Shown here: piece after piece, positions 1 through 10,895 of the stretch
Layout: every line of letters begins with the position of its first letter
Position numbering within the stretch: the stretch's first letter is position 1
Source of the DNA: Octopus bimaculoides
Lineage: Eukaryota
Direction of reading: 5' to 3'
Assembly (NCBI RefSeq): GCF_001194135.2
Contig: NC_068984.1
Coordinates: 40,578,775-40,642,774, forward strand
Length of the DNA: 64,000 nucleotides
Made by a program: the position numbers and the translations under genes
The notes under the pieces: model-generated
Seen by the model: the letters and a program-made list of their open reading frames with translations, nothing else
Databases searched by the model: none
Told to the model about the DNA's origin: nothing

Positions 1-4
1 CATG

Positions 5-238
5 TTGAAGTGGTAGCGTACATTACTTTTTATATGATCATAAAATTGTAATTTCGTTTCGATGCGCTGTGTTCTTGAGCAAAAAACTTTATTTCATGTT
101 GCTCCAGTCCACTCAGCTGCCAAAAATCAGTAACTCTATGATGGACTGGCGTCTCGTCCAGGGGGAAAAATTCATACGCCACAGAATCCTCGAAACCGGT
201 CTTATGAGCCTATGGTTCGAGAAGGAACATTGATCCTT
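5..238 (+). mobile_element. tRNA-derived SINE, family A (degenerate)
   Basis: Body TGTGTTCTTGAGC..TTTATTTCATGTTGCTCCAGTCCACTCAGCTG..CGTCTCGTCCAG matches the copies at 495-724 and 26103-26364. Confidence 0.7.
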
Positions 239-494
239 ATTTGATATGTATAAATGCAACTCTGATTTGAGAGGGTGTCAGCTATGGAATTTACTTGTGG
301 ACTCGTCATTGTTAAAAAGAAAAACAAATATATATTTCTCAGAACTCTATTCTACAAGTGGTTGATATATGATGAGATAAGGAGATCTTTGCGTGATTAC
401 TGAAGCTGTTAGAAACAGTAACTACATTTCCCTCAAACCACACTTCACCGAGTTAAAAAGAGGAAGAGCACTCTGGATAATGTGGTAATAGATT

Positions 495-724
495 ATCCTA
501 TTGGTGTTGGATTCATGATCGTAATATTATGATTTCGATAACTGAACTGAGCGACGCGTTGTCTTCTTGAGCGAAACACTTCATTTCATGTTGTTCCAGT
601 TCACTCAGCGGGCAAACATGAGTAATCCTGCGACGGACCGGCGTCTCGTCCAGACAGGGAACATATAAGCCATGAAACCGGGAAACTGGCCTTTATGAGT
701 GGAAAGGAACTTTACTTTTACTTA
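495..724 (+). mobile_element. tRNA-derived SINE, family A
   Basis: Decayed head (GGATTCATGATCGTAA..TTTCGAT), family A body and TTTACTTTTTAC tail; homologous to 26103-26364. Confidence 0.75.
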
Positions 725-1500
725 CACACTTCGACTTCTTCGCGAGCGATACGTCTCGAACCACTTCGTCTCTCAGGGTCAACATACCTTTCTTTCTCAA
801 TCCGTCTTTCTTTCAAGTTATTTTCTTGCTTCTCTCTTTTACGATACTTTATAAATTACGATGCATGACTCTGTCGCTAATTGTGTTTATTTATTTAAAT
901 CAACCACCAAAATGATTAATTGTGAGATAAAAATTAAAGAATTACAATAAACCAAACGTCCATTCTCTCTTCCTATTTTCTTCACGTTTTCTTTCTTCTC
1001 CATTTATATTTTTCATTGTCTCATTTCAATATCTTGTGAGAACAGAAACTCTACCTCTTTCTCTCTCTCATTCTCTCTCTTTCTCTCCTCACTCTCTCCT
1101 CCTCTATCCTTGTCTTTTCCCCCCTATTCCTGTCTTCTTCTCTCTATCCCTGTCTCCTCCCCCTCTCTCCCCTCTCTCCCCTCTCTCACATATACAAAAC
1201 AATGCACGCATACACATACAATCATACATAGACGCACACGTGCACACATTCACGCTCACATATATGCACATGCACACCGACATACATACACGAATGAAAT
1301 CCCGTGTGGTATTTGGTTACGTCCCTTTTACGTTCTGAAATCAAATCCGGTCCAAGACATCAACATTCCAAAGTCGATAATATAAATTCCAGTCAATAAA
1401 ATAAGTCCTGCGAGTCGATGGGATCGTTTATACATTAAAAAAACTGTGTTCCCGCGTGGACTAAGTTTGAGGACAGAAAATCAGTGGAATAATGAAAAGA

Positions 1501-1650
1501 CAGGTGGCTTAGTGGCTGGAGTGTTCGGCTCATGATCAGAAGGTCGAGGTTTCAAATCCTGAACTGAGCGGCGCATTGTGTCCTTGAGCAAGGCACTTAA
1601 ATTTCACTCTTCTCCATTTCACTCGGTTCTAATGAGTACCCACTGAATTC
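1501..1650 (+). mobile_element. SINE family A/G head and partial body
   Basis: A-box-like TGGCTTAGTGG, CTCATGA anticodon-like loop and B-box-like GGTTTCAAATCC, then TGTCCTTGAGCAAGGCACTT. Confidence 0.7.
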
Positions 1651-1879
1651 TAGTGTCGCATCTTGGTCATTCCTTTGAACCACGTTGTCAAGGGAATGTC
1701 CATACCTGTTCGCAACTTCGATATCTATGTACCGCAAACAATTAGTGAAAGCATACTACGTTATCACCATTCTCGCTCGTGAGCGACGGCTGTTTTTTTT
1801 CTTTAGTGAAATAATCAAATAATGGTAAACAGTGATGCAGAACAAACTACACATTTCCTATATTTCCTATTCTACTTAA

Positions 1880-2118
1880 GTGGAGGCGCAATGGCCCAGT
1901 GATTAGGGCAGCGGACTCGCGGTCATAGGATCGCGGTTTCGATTCCCAGACCGGGCGTTGTGAGTGTTTATTGAGCGAAAACACCTAAAGCTCCACGAGG
2001 CTCCGGCAGGGGATGGTGGCGAACCATGCTGTACTCCTTCACCACAACTTTCTCTCTCTTACTTCCTGTTTCTGTTGTGCCTGTAATTCAAAGGGTCAGC
2101 CTTGTCACACTGAATATC
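1880..2118 (+). mobile_element. tRNA-derived SINE, family B (3' end lost in gap)
   Basis: Near-identical to 24564-24946 and the reverse complement of 45116-45504; A box TGGCCCAGTGA and B box GGTTTCGATTCC. Confidence 0.9.
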
Positions 2119-2625
2119 NNNNNNNNNNNNNNNNNNNNNNNNNNNNNNNNNNNNNNNNNNNNNNNNNNNNNNNNNNNNNNNNNNNNNNNNNNNNNNNNNN
2201 NNNNNNNNNNNNNNNNNNNNNNNNNNNNNNNNNNNNNNNNNNNNNNNNNNNNNNNNNNNNNNNNNNNNNNNNNNNNNNNNNNNNNNNNNNNNNNNNNNNN
2301 NNNNNNNNNNNNNNNNNNNNNNNNNNNNNNNNNNNNNNNNNNNNNNNNNNNNNNNNNNNNNNNNNNNNNNNNNNNNNNNNNNNNNNNNNNNNNNNNNNNN
2401 NNNNNNNNNNNNNNNNNNNNNNNNNNNNNNNNNNNNNNNNNNNNNNNNNNNNNNNNNNNNNNNNNNNNNNNNNNNATATGTATATGTATATAGATATATA
2501 GTCATTATATATCGCTTATTCACTACAGACTAAGTGTTGAATCTGACAGGGTTTCAAGAGTCTATTTTTTGTGCCTGCTCTCAAAATAATATAATTGCAG
2601 TCCCCTGCTTGACGCAACTACCATC

Positions 2626-2628
<3 letters not shown>

Positions 2629-2672
<44 letters not shown>

Positions 2673-2689
2673 GAGAGAGAGAGAGAGAT

Positions 2690-2724
<35 letters not shown>
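2629..2724 (+). repeat. (GA)n microsatellite
   Basis: Seen directly. Confidence 0.97.
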
Positions 2725-2727
<3 letters not shown>

Positions 2728-2769
2728 TAATGTATGAGATAGTAATGTATGTAGAGGATTAAGTAAGGT

Positions 2770-3090
2770 AAACTATTTCAGAGTGTGTGTGTCTAAGGAG
2801 TAGCTACATACTAATGACAGCCACAGAACGACAGTGAAAATGGGGTTGTTGGTTATCTGTATGTAGGGAGCAGGTAGCTCGTACATAAATAATTAAATAG
2901 AAAATACATTTTTGATTTCATATCTAAAGAGATATACTCTAAAGAAAATATATCTGTGGAAAATGATGAGATATGTTTCGAGGTTATGGCATCTAATCTC
3001 AAATAGAACAATTGTAGGTGTCAAATACTTGAATAGTGTGTAAGTGAAACTTTAATTGAAATAGGAAGCCTCTATTCAAAGTATGAGATC
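2770..3090 (-). mobile_element. Penelope-like relic (GIY-YIG C-terminus plus terminal repeat)
   Basis: Minus frame LPISIKVSLTHYSSI*HLQLF..DIFSLEYISLDMKSK resembles PLE endonuclease C-termini (PV..HF...H.......IF.L....P.GLN); a hammerhead-like motif lies adjacent. Heavily decayed. Confidence 0.4.
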
Positions 3091-4930
3091 AAGGGACTTT
3101 ATAGTATCGATTAGTAGATTTTAAAAAAAGGTAGCTGGTAAAAATGTACCGACCGGCAACACATCTTCATTTTTAATTTTTTAGGAAAATATTTTCTTTT
3201 TAATTATTAACCGTTAGTTAACTCAAATTAAATATTTCTATGCTGTTTATTCCCACTCCTTTTTATTCGTTGCAAAGCGCAATAATNNNNNNNNNNNNNN
3301 NNNNNNNNNNNNNNNNNNNNNNNNNNNNNNNNNNNNNNNNNNNNNNNNNNNNNNNNNNNNNNNNNNNNNNNNNNNNNNNNNNNNNNNNNNNNNNNNNNNN
3401 NNNNNNNNNNNNNNNNNNNNNNNNNNNNNNNNNNNNNNNNNNNNNNNNNNNNNNNNNNNNNNNNNNNNNNNNNNNNNNNNNNNNNNNNNNNNNNNNNNNN
3501 NNNNNNNNNNNNNNNNNNNNNNNNNNNNNNNNNNNNNNNNNNNNNNNNNNNNNNNNNNNNNNNNNNNNNNNNNNNNNNNNNNNNNNNNNNNNNNNNNNNN
3601 NNNNNNNNNNNNNNNNGTCTGTTTGTGTGTGTGTATGAATGTAAAATTTTCTGCTTAACGAAGATGATTAAATAAGCCACAAGCCATAGTGTCAATCAAA
3701 TATCAACGGAATAATCCATGTAAGAGAAAAGTAAATTATTCGAATGTCTTAATTTCGACTGAGAGACAACATGTGCTTCACTTACAGTGAAAGATCGTAA
3801 ACAATTTTCTCCTGCTTCTCTTTCTGGTGGTATAAGAATAAATAGATAAATAAATAATAAAATATAAAAATTAAAAGAAAAAAAGTCAAGCGTACAAGAG
3901 TTAGAATTGGCAACGGCTAACAGTGCATTCGATTTACCCTCAGTTCGCATGGGTGCCAAAATCAGCTGGGTAGGGCGTCTTGCTAGTCAGTGCCACCCTC
4001 GAGCCTGTCGCTGAGCAGCTAGTGTTGATCACTACAAAAGGTGCACTGGGACTGTCACTTATTCAATTGTTTTCTTTAAAATACAAGATTATTTATTGTC
4101 GCACCATCTGCTAGATGGACTCTAAACCTCCGTGTTAAATGCCATGCAGAATACCAAGTAACTGGGGATAATCTCATTATTGTTTTTCTCCTTCAAATCA
4201 AGCATGGAAGTCTAATGAGCCCATAATTTCTGGGTAGCTGTGAAATGATACCGTTCGTGTTCTCTCATTATCATGTGATGATTTGCGCGCCCCCGTACAA
4301 GTGATGTCAATGTGGCTCTGTGGCCTACCGTACAAGGGTCGAGCCGAGAGTCAAACATCAGCGACGACCATCAGTGCGGCAGGCTTTATTGTCGCATAAG
4401 CTCCCACCTCCTCGTTGCACGTCAACAGTAGAATGCAGGTCATTAAAGAAGATGTGATCAATCACGCAGACGTATTCGCTTCAGCAGTGAGCATCGAGAA
4501 TAAGAAGCATAAAGACTAATTTCATTATATAACAATAAGTAACCATCTCTGACATCATATAGACACATCATATAACATGCTTGAGGAATGGAGTGAGATG
4601 TCGGCAGCATCGAGCTGAAGATAATAGTGTTCAAATTACAGTCGATTGATTGTATCTTTCTTTCTAATGTATTGTCTTGTTTTTATGCAGACACCCACTT
4701 TATAGAAGCAATGATTACTGCCCTGAGTGCAACGATCTGTAATCTATAAAGTCATATTTCAGTGAGGTTACAGACAATTTTAAAATACGTTGCAGATAAT
4801 TCAATATTATAACAATAACATCAACGACAACAACATTATTATTGTTGTTGTTGTTGTTGTTGTTGTTATTATTCTTAATAATAACATTGTGGTTGCTTTT
4901 AGTATTGTTACGATAATTACCAATATAAAT

Positions 4931-5744
4931 GCGGCAGATTAGATGAATAGCACGCCGTACAAACTGCTTAGCAGCATTTCATCCGTCATTATGTTCTGAG
5001 TTCAAATTCCGCTAAGGCTGACTTTGCCTTTCATCCTTTCAGGGTCGATAAAAAAAGTGCTGACTGAGCACTAGAGTCGATGTAATCCCCACCCTCGATA
5101 TATCCCTCCTCTCTTCGAATTTCAGGTCCTGTGCCTAAAGCAGAAAGGATTATCATTACTATCATCATTGAGATTGTTGTTTTTAATATTGTTTTAATAA
5201 TTACTATCATACAAGTAGTAGACTGAAAAAATAGTGGGTCGGACAAAATGCTTAGCGGCATTTAGTCCGTCTTTTCTTTCCTAGTTCAAATTCTGCCGTG
5301 GTCAACTTCACTTTTCATTCTCGATAAAATAAGTAGCAGTTGAGCACTGGAGTTGATGCTATCGACTTACCCACTCCTCCAAAATTACTGGCTTTGTGTC
5401 AAGATTTGAAACCAATATCGTTATGGTAATTACAATTATAAAGGCAGTAGATTGGAAGAATAGCGCGTCGGACAAAATGCCTAACAGCATTTCTTCAGAG
5501 ATTTCGTTCTGAATTCAAATTCCGCCGTTTACCAATGAGGTCGATATAATCGACTAACTCCCTCCCTCTAAAATTGCTGATCTCGTGCCAAAATTTGACA
5601 CCATTATTGTGGTTGTTGGTTTTAATATTTTTGTAATAATTGCTGTTATAATGAAAGTCGATTGGAAGAATCGTTACAATGTAGGACATAATGCCTTGCA
5701 GTATTTGTTCCTGCTTCTATACGTTCTAAGTTCAAATCACACCG
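4931..5744 (+). mobile_element. Cluster of four head-to-tail SINE family D copies
   Basis: Copies at about 4931-5152, 5213-5417, 5443-5605 and 5653-5744 (last one partial). All carry ..AAATGCTTAGC..TTCTGAGTTCAAATT..; they are separated by ATT/GTT-rich tracts. Confidence 0.88.
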
Positions 5745-5829
5745 TAACAGCAGCATCAGCAGCAACGGTAGCAGCAGTATGAACTACAGATATAGGAAGA
5801 GTGCTATGAGCGTTGCTATCTTTTCAAAA

Positions 5830-6120
5830 GACACAAGAATAGTGAGGAAAGTCTCTCTAAAAGTAACACTAGCGGTTTGAGAAAACTTGGAGGAAACAGT
5901 TTAGAGAAGAATGTCGTACCGTAACAGTCAAGGGCCGACGAATGAAAAGGCTTACATTCACACAGCTAGTGAAATGTTAGGAATATGGAACGGTGTAGAT
6001 GTCGTTACTCTGGCTAGTCGATATGAAGCAGTGGTAATGAGATTCCTCTCAAAAGCTCGCTCATATAGACCCTTCACTCCCCCTCGAGATATGCAAGCCA
6101 GTGAATTGAAAAGGTGAAAG
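5830..6120 (-). mobile_element. Decayed CR1/L2/Jockey-like LINE 3' coding end
   Basis: Frameshifted minus-strand peptides (SELLRGISLPL, FHSSALDCYG..KLFPPS) resemble post-RT LINE motifs (EL..LVPPP, F.P.T..LWN.LP..FP). Confidence 0.35.
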
Positions 6121-6779
6121 TGTTGGCTGTAATTGAACAACTAGTGATTGTTCGCATGTTTTGTATTGCAGGGAGAGGACACAATCCTGGACGTGTAGAC
6201 TGCCCACAGGAAGCCTGGTCCAGTATCGGCATGAAAATCTTGGTTCAAATAAATCAGAAAAATTTGGACAAGATTCAAAATGAAATAGGTAGACCTACCA
6301 AAATGTTATGAAACAGTACGTTATGATGTCATCTAAGTGTTTTCCGCCCACAAGAGTTATCAAAATCAATACGAACTCTATGTTGTTGATACAGGAAGCA
6401 CAGAATTAACAGCAATATAAAAAAACGGCAGCGACTTCAATAACAATAGCAACAACAGAAACAACGACAATAGCAGGTACCGAAACATCAGAAAGAAGTG
6501 TCAGCGAGTTGGACAGCACTGAGTAAATGAGTACTCTTTCTTTTACCCCACCAAACATAACATTACAATACAAACGACACTTGTACACACATACGCTCAC
6601 ACACACATACATACTCACACGCACGCGCATTCACGCACGCGCATTCACGCACACTCCTGCATCAACCAGCCATTTTCTTCATTTTCTTACGATTCCATCA
6701 ACTCCACCGAATTCTCATCAAATAGCGAAGAGAAAGTGAAGGAAACTGGTGCCTACTTCGACGGGAAGTGCTTAGTTGT

Positions 6780-7020
6780 TTAGAGATAAAATTAACTGCT
6801 TTGGAGGGTATGTTCTATGTGTGTTAATGGGTAAATCAACAGCATTGCCATCCCTTGGAATGGAACTCATGGAATAAAGCATTCTGGCAAGTGAAATACG
6901 TTCCTTCTAAGGTATGAGCATGTGGTGAGCCAGAGATGACCCGCAACATGTAGTTGGGTGAGCTCTGCACTAATATCCGGGTCCTGATAGCCCATTAGAC
7001 CACTGAGCTATTCTGGTGTT
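6780..7020 (-). mobile_element. Decayed LINE 3' coding end
   Basis: Minus peptide YSMSSIPRDGNAVDLP is similar to the LINE motif Y..SFIPRT..LWN.LP. Confidence 0.3.
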
Positions 7021-7118
7021 ATACTTTTTGAAACGTCAATCTAACTGAACCTTCGAAGTAGAAGGTCCAGTTACTAGACCTTCGGTAGCAAATTCTTCTT
7101 GAGTGCCTTCTGCTCACA

Positions 7119-7247
<129 letters not shown>

Positions 7248-7389
7248 GAAGAGAACAGAGGCGGTGACAACAGTATTTTCTTGTGGTGTAGATCATAATC
7301 TGTAGATTTTCGATTCTTTGTATTTTGGGGAAAGGAAATTAATGTCATTTTCAACTTAGTGACCAGTAGAATGTTGATTCTGTAATCAG

Positions 7390-8200
7390 TAGAAATTCCT
7401 TAAATACTATTATAGTTTCATGTGTACTGTTTAAGCATTTTAACTAGAAACTGGAGACTCAAGGGAGCCTTTCAATCGCTAGCAATCTTGATTACTTGTG
7501 AAGTTACTCGTTAGTAATTCTGATCCATGCTTAAGGTGTTGCTATATTCTCCGTCTTCCTCTATTATAATCTGCTATGTGTCCTTATTCGGTTGCACATT
7601 AACATTCTATATGTTCTCCAATTATGCTTAGATTTTCGTTGGTTGTGGGGTATGTTTTAAAGTTATAATTACTTTAACGGTGTTCCAGTATAATATTTAA
7701 AATATTTATTTCAAAAACATGATTCTAATTGAAAAAATGCTCTAGAATAATTTTCCTCTTTCTTTCTATTATTTCTAGAAGTTCTTTTCTTTTTATTTTG
7801 CTTTTACTTTTCTTCAACATACGCCTAACTTTCTATTTGACTAAGTAAGAATAGATATTTTCCGTGTTGCTAATTTATAAAATATTTTCTCTTCCCATGT
7901 ATACTTTTAACGGCCTAGCAAGTTATGGGTTGAACCTTGTTTAGCTTGCTAATTTCATGGCTACTGAGTAAGCTATGATTGAACGTGTTCAGATTTAGGT
8001 TTATTTCTGTGGAAACATTACTTGAAGGGGTCATTTGTAAAATGGCTATTCTTTCTCAGAAATGATTATATATTCTTAGCTTTGGAAAATATTTCTAGTA
8101 TTTTAGGTGTATTGGTTTTGTTATGGTCAATAGTATTCTCTAATGGTTCTCTGTTAAATATCACATATTGTCGCTTCTAGTTATCCTGTTGCGTTAAGGG
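7390..8200 (-). mobile_element. Highly decayed Penelope-like ORF relic
   Basis: Minus peptide TPSSNVSTEI resembles the PLE linker motif PPFS.NV.TNI, with weak GIY-YIG-like segments downstream. It lies 3' of the hammerhead at 8360-8448 on the same strand. Confidence 0.3.
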
Positions 8201-8206
8201 AATATG

Positions 8207-8208
<2 letters not shown>

Positions 8209-8238
<30 letters not shown>

Positions 8239-8265
8239 AAGAAAGATATCTTCATAGAACATACA

Positions 8266-8327
<62 letters not shown>
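8209..8327 (+). repeat. Compound (TCTA)n/(CATA)n/(TA)n microsatellite
   Basis: Seen directly. Confidence 0.95.
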
Positions 8328-8328
<1 letters not shown>

Positions 8329-8359
8329 AACAATAAGCAACACGGATTTCAAAAGTGAT

Positions 8360-8448
8360 TGCAGTACGCACGTTTCATGCTACTTCAATTTATTTAAGTA
8401 ATGTGAGCATTACCTTAAATGCAATATGAAGAGCAATCTTCAGCTGCA
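8360..8448 (-). ncRNA. Type I hammerhead ribozyme motif (Penelope-type)
   Basis: Minus strand reads TGCAG-CTGAAGA-[60-nt hairpin]-GAAA-CGTGC-GTA-CTGCA. Stem I is TGCAG/CTGCA, the CUGANGA and GAAA boxes are intact, stem III is near-palindromic ACGTGCGT, and the cleavage triplet is GUA. Confidence 0.72.
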
Positions 8449-8745
8449 CGAAAAAATGTAGAAAAAAAGACATATTACAAATGTGGCAACATATTAAAAC
8501 CAAGTGGGAGAGAGCAGAGGAAGAATATATAAGTCCATCTTGACATAGCAGGGTCTATCAGGCTAGCCAAAATTTTGGGTCGTGTGCTTAGGGTAAAAAA
8601 GGATATTAAATACGTGTGTGTGTATTCGTGCGTGTATGCGTGTTGTGACTAGGTATTCATAGTCAACTATCCACACGGCGGATTTTTAGAGGGTTTCTTA
8701 GTAGATTACCTTAGTTCTGGATTTATAATATTCCTTTTAGTAAAA

Positions 8746-8962
8746 TCAGCGAGCTAGCAGAATCGTTAGCACGCCTGGTAAAATGCTTAGCTCCATTTCG
8801 TTCGTCATTACGTCCTGAGTTCAAATTCCACCGAGGCCGACTCTGCCTTTCATCCTTTCAAGGTCAATAAAATAAGTACCAGTTGAGCACCGGGGTCGAT
8901 GCAATCGACTTTTCCCCTCCTCCAAAATTGCTGGCCTTGTGCCTCAAATTTGAAACTGATAT
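8746..8962 (+). mobile_element. SINE family D, full length
   Basis: GCGAGCTAGCAGAATCGTTAGC head, GAGTTCAAATTCC B box, GCCTTTCATCCTTT core and GGCCTTGTGCC tail. Confidence 0.9.
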
Positions 8963-8964
8963 TC

Positions 8965-9167
8965 CTTGTAGATGTCTGCATTTGCCCTTGTAGCGCCCTG
9001 TCATTTTGATGTCTGCTTTTTATACTTGTGTCGCTTATTCTTTTTATTGTTTGGGTAGATGATCCATTATGAATGTGGTCGTTCCTATTATGTCGATTGC
9101 TTTGTGCAGTGAGACCTCAGGTGTTTGTGTATGAGCGGTTTTATTCTATTTTCGGTCTGTATTACTC
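8965..9167 (-). mobile_element. Possible Penelope GIY-YIG relic
   Basis: Minus peptides VIQTENRIKPLIHKH (like YIGQT.N..K.RI..H) and YKGKCRH (like the PLE terminal SKCRH). Confidence 0.3.
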
Positions 9168-9771
9168 NNNNNNNNNNNNNNNNNNNNNNNNNNNNNNNNN
9201 NNNNNNNNNNNNNNNNNNNNNNNNNNNNNNNNNNNNNNNNNNNNNNNNNNNNNNNNNNNNNNNNNNNNNNNNNNNNNNNNNNNNNNNNNNNNNNNNNNNN
9301 NNNNNNNNNNNNNNNNNNNNNNNNNNNNNNNNNNNNNNNNNNNNNNNNNNNNNNNNNNNNNNNNNNNNNNNNNNNNNNNNNNNNNNNNNNNNNNNNNNNN
9401 NNNNNNNNNNNNNNNNNNNNNNNNNNNNNNNNNNNNNNNNNNNNNNNNNNNNNNNNNNNNNNNNNNNNNNNNNNNNNNNNNNNNNNNNNNNNNNNNNNNN
9501 NNNNNNNNNNNNNNNNNNNNNNNNNNNNNNNNNNNNNNNNNNNNNNNNNNNNNNNNNNNNNNNNNNNNNNNNNNNNNNNNNNNNNNNNNNNNNNNNNNNN
9601 NNNNNNNNNNNNNNNNNNNNNNNNNNNNNNNNNNNNNNNNNNNNNNNNNNNNNNNNNNNNNNNNNNNNNNNNNNNNNNNNNNNNNNNNNNNNNNNNNNNN
9701 NNNNNNNNNNNNNNNNNNNNNNNNNNNNNNNNNNNNNNNNNNNNATATATATATATATACATATATACACA

Positions 9772-9899
9772 CACGACAGGCTTCTTTCAGTTTCCGCCTA
9801 CAAAATCAACTCACAAGGCTTTGGTCGGCCCGAAGCTATAGTAGAAGACATTTTCCGAAGGTGCCACGCAGTGGGACTGAAGCCGGAACCATGTGGTTC
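9772..9899 (-). mobile_element. SINE family C, 5' half
   Basis: Reverse complement of GAACCACATGGTTCCGG..TGCGTGGCACC..CTATAG..CCGACCAAAGCCTTGTGAG..GGAAACTGAAAGAAG. Confidence 0.88.
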
Positions 9900-9989
9900 T
9901 TAAGAATATTTTAGTCCATGTTCTTGTATGAAGGTTTGTGAATGAATCAACAAGTAGAAAAATCTAAGGGGAGGTCATTTGTGATTGTT

Positions 9990-10895
9990 ATTACTCGTGA
10001 CCGGGGAGGTAATTGCTCATTTTTAGAATGGAATAAATAAACACAAAAACTCATAGGCTAAAGTAGTGAGATGAAATATGTAGAGTGATAGATATGTGAT
10101 CATGAATTAAAATATATACTGAGACTAAAGTTGGTTATGCGCTCATATTTAGGCGTGTTCTTTACTTAAATGTTCTTGTACCAAAATTGTTTCTTTGCAC
10201 TGGTAGATGGGGAAAACTGAAATTTGGTTGGAGATTCCCAGCACATCTCTCTATGTGTTCACTCAAATGTATCTGTCTATACTTTGGGAAACGGATCTGT
10301 TCCTTATGTAGTAGTGTGTTTCTCTGTCTAAGTGCCATACTTGTCTGTCCTATATAGTTATGTTCACAACCTGAAAAGCTGACACATATGCTCGAATGCA
10401 CAAGTGAAGTTGGCCTCAATTGCGAATCTCTCTCCATGTTTGAACTGGAATTCCAAGCCTTCCAGTAGGTTGGGGCATGTTCCACAGTTTGGACGTCCAC
10501 ATTTTTTAATTATTGGTTTCGTGGTTGTTGTGTAAAGCTTCGCATTTGTTAGAAGTCTATTCAACGATTTGGGTTGCTTTTTACATTTGTTGAATTTGTT
10601 TTCAGAATGTCGTTCATTTTGGATCCCTAGTGAGCAGTGATAGATTTTGTACAATGGTGTTGTATGCCTCATTGTTTCTAGAGTTGTGAGTTGATATATA
10701 CGGTAGTATTTTGAGATGAGGTATGGTGTTTCGTTTTGTTTTCCTTAGTGTTTTAATGCTCGTTTTCTTGGCATGTTTAATTCCAACATTTATAAGTGAG
10801 GGTGAATAGTGTCTCTCAGTTGGTGTTGTTCTGAAGTCTTGAAGACGGAGGTCCCTAGTATTTCCATGTATATACTTACATTCGCTAATATACAT
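9990..10895 (-). mobile_element. Penelope-like element relic (RT thumb/linker, GIY-YIG endonuclease, 3' repeat)
   Basis: Frameshifted ORFs give ILPYISTHN (linker), KCGRPNCGTC (CCHH zinc-knuckle part), FTC, GCEHNYIGQT..LRQR..LH (YIG motif) and SEHIERCAG. Multiple frameshifts. Confidence 0.8.

Noticed and set aside
725-775. Minus-strand CTGAGAGA-CGAA-gtgg-TTC-GAGA-CGTA hammerhead-like string
   Set aside because: Both boxes deviate and stem I does not pair.
1880-1955. tRNA-like sequences (also at 24564, 26290, 45430 and 58293)
   Set aside because: They continue into SINE bodies and lack a proper acceptor stem and terminator, so they are SINE heads, not tRNA genes.
4433-4519. 28-aa ORF MQVIKEDVINHADVFASAVSIENKKHKD
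   Set aside because: Too short, with no recognisable domain or supported splice structure.
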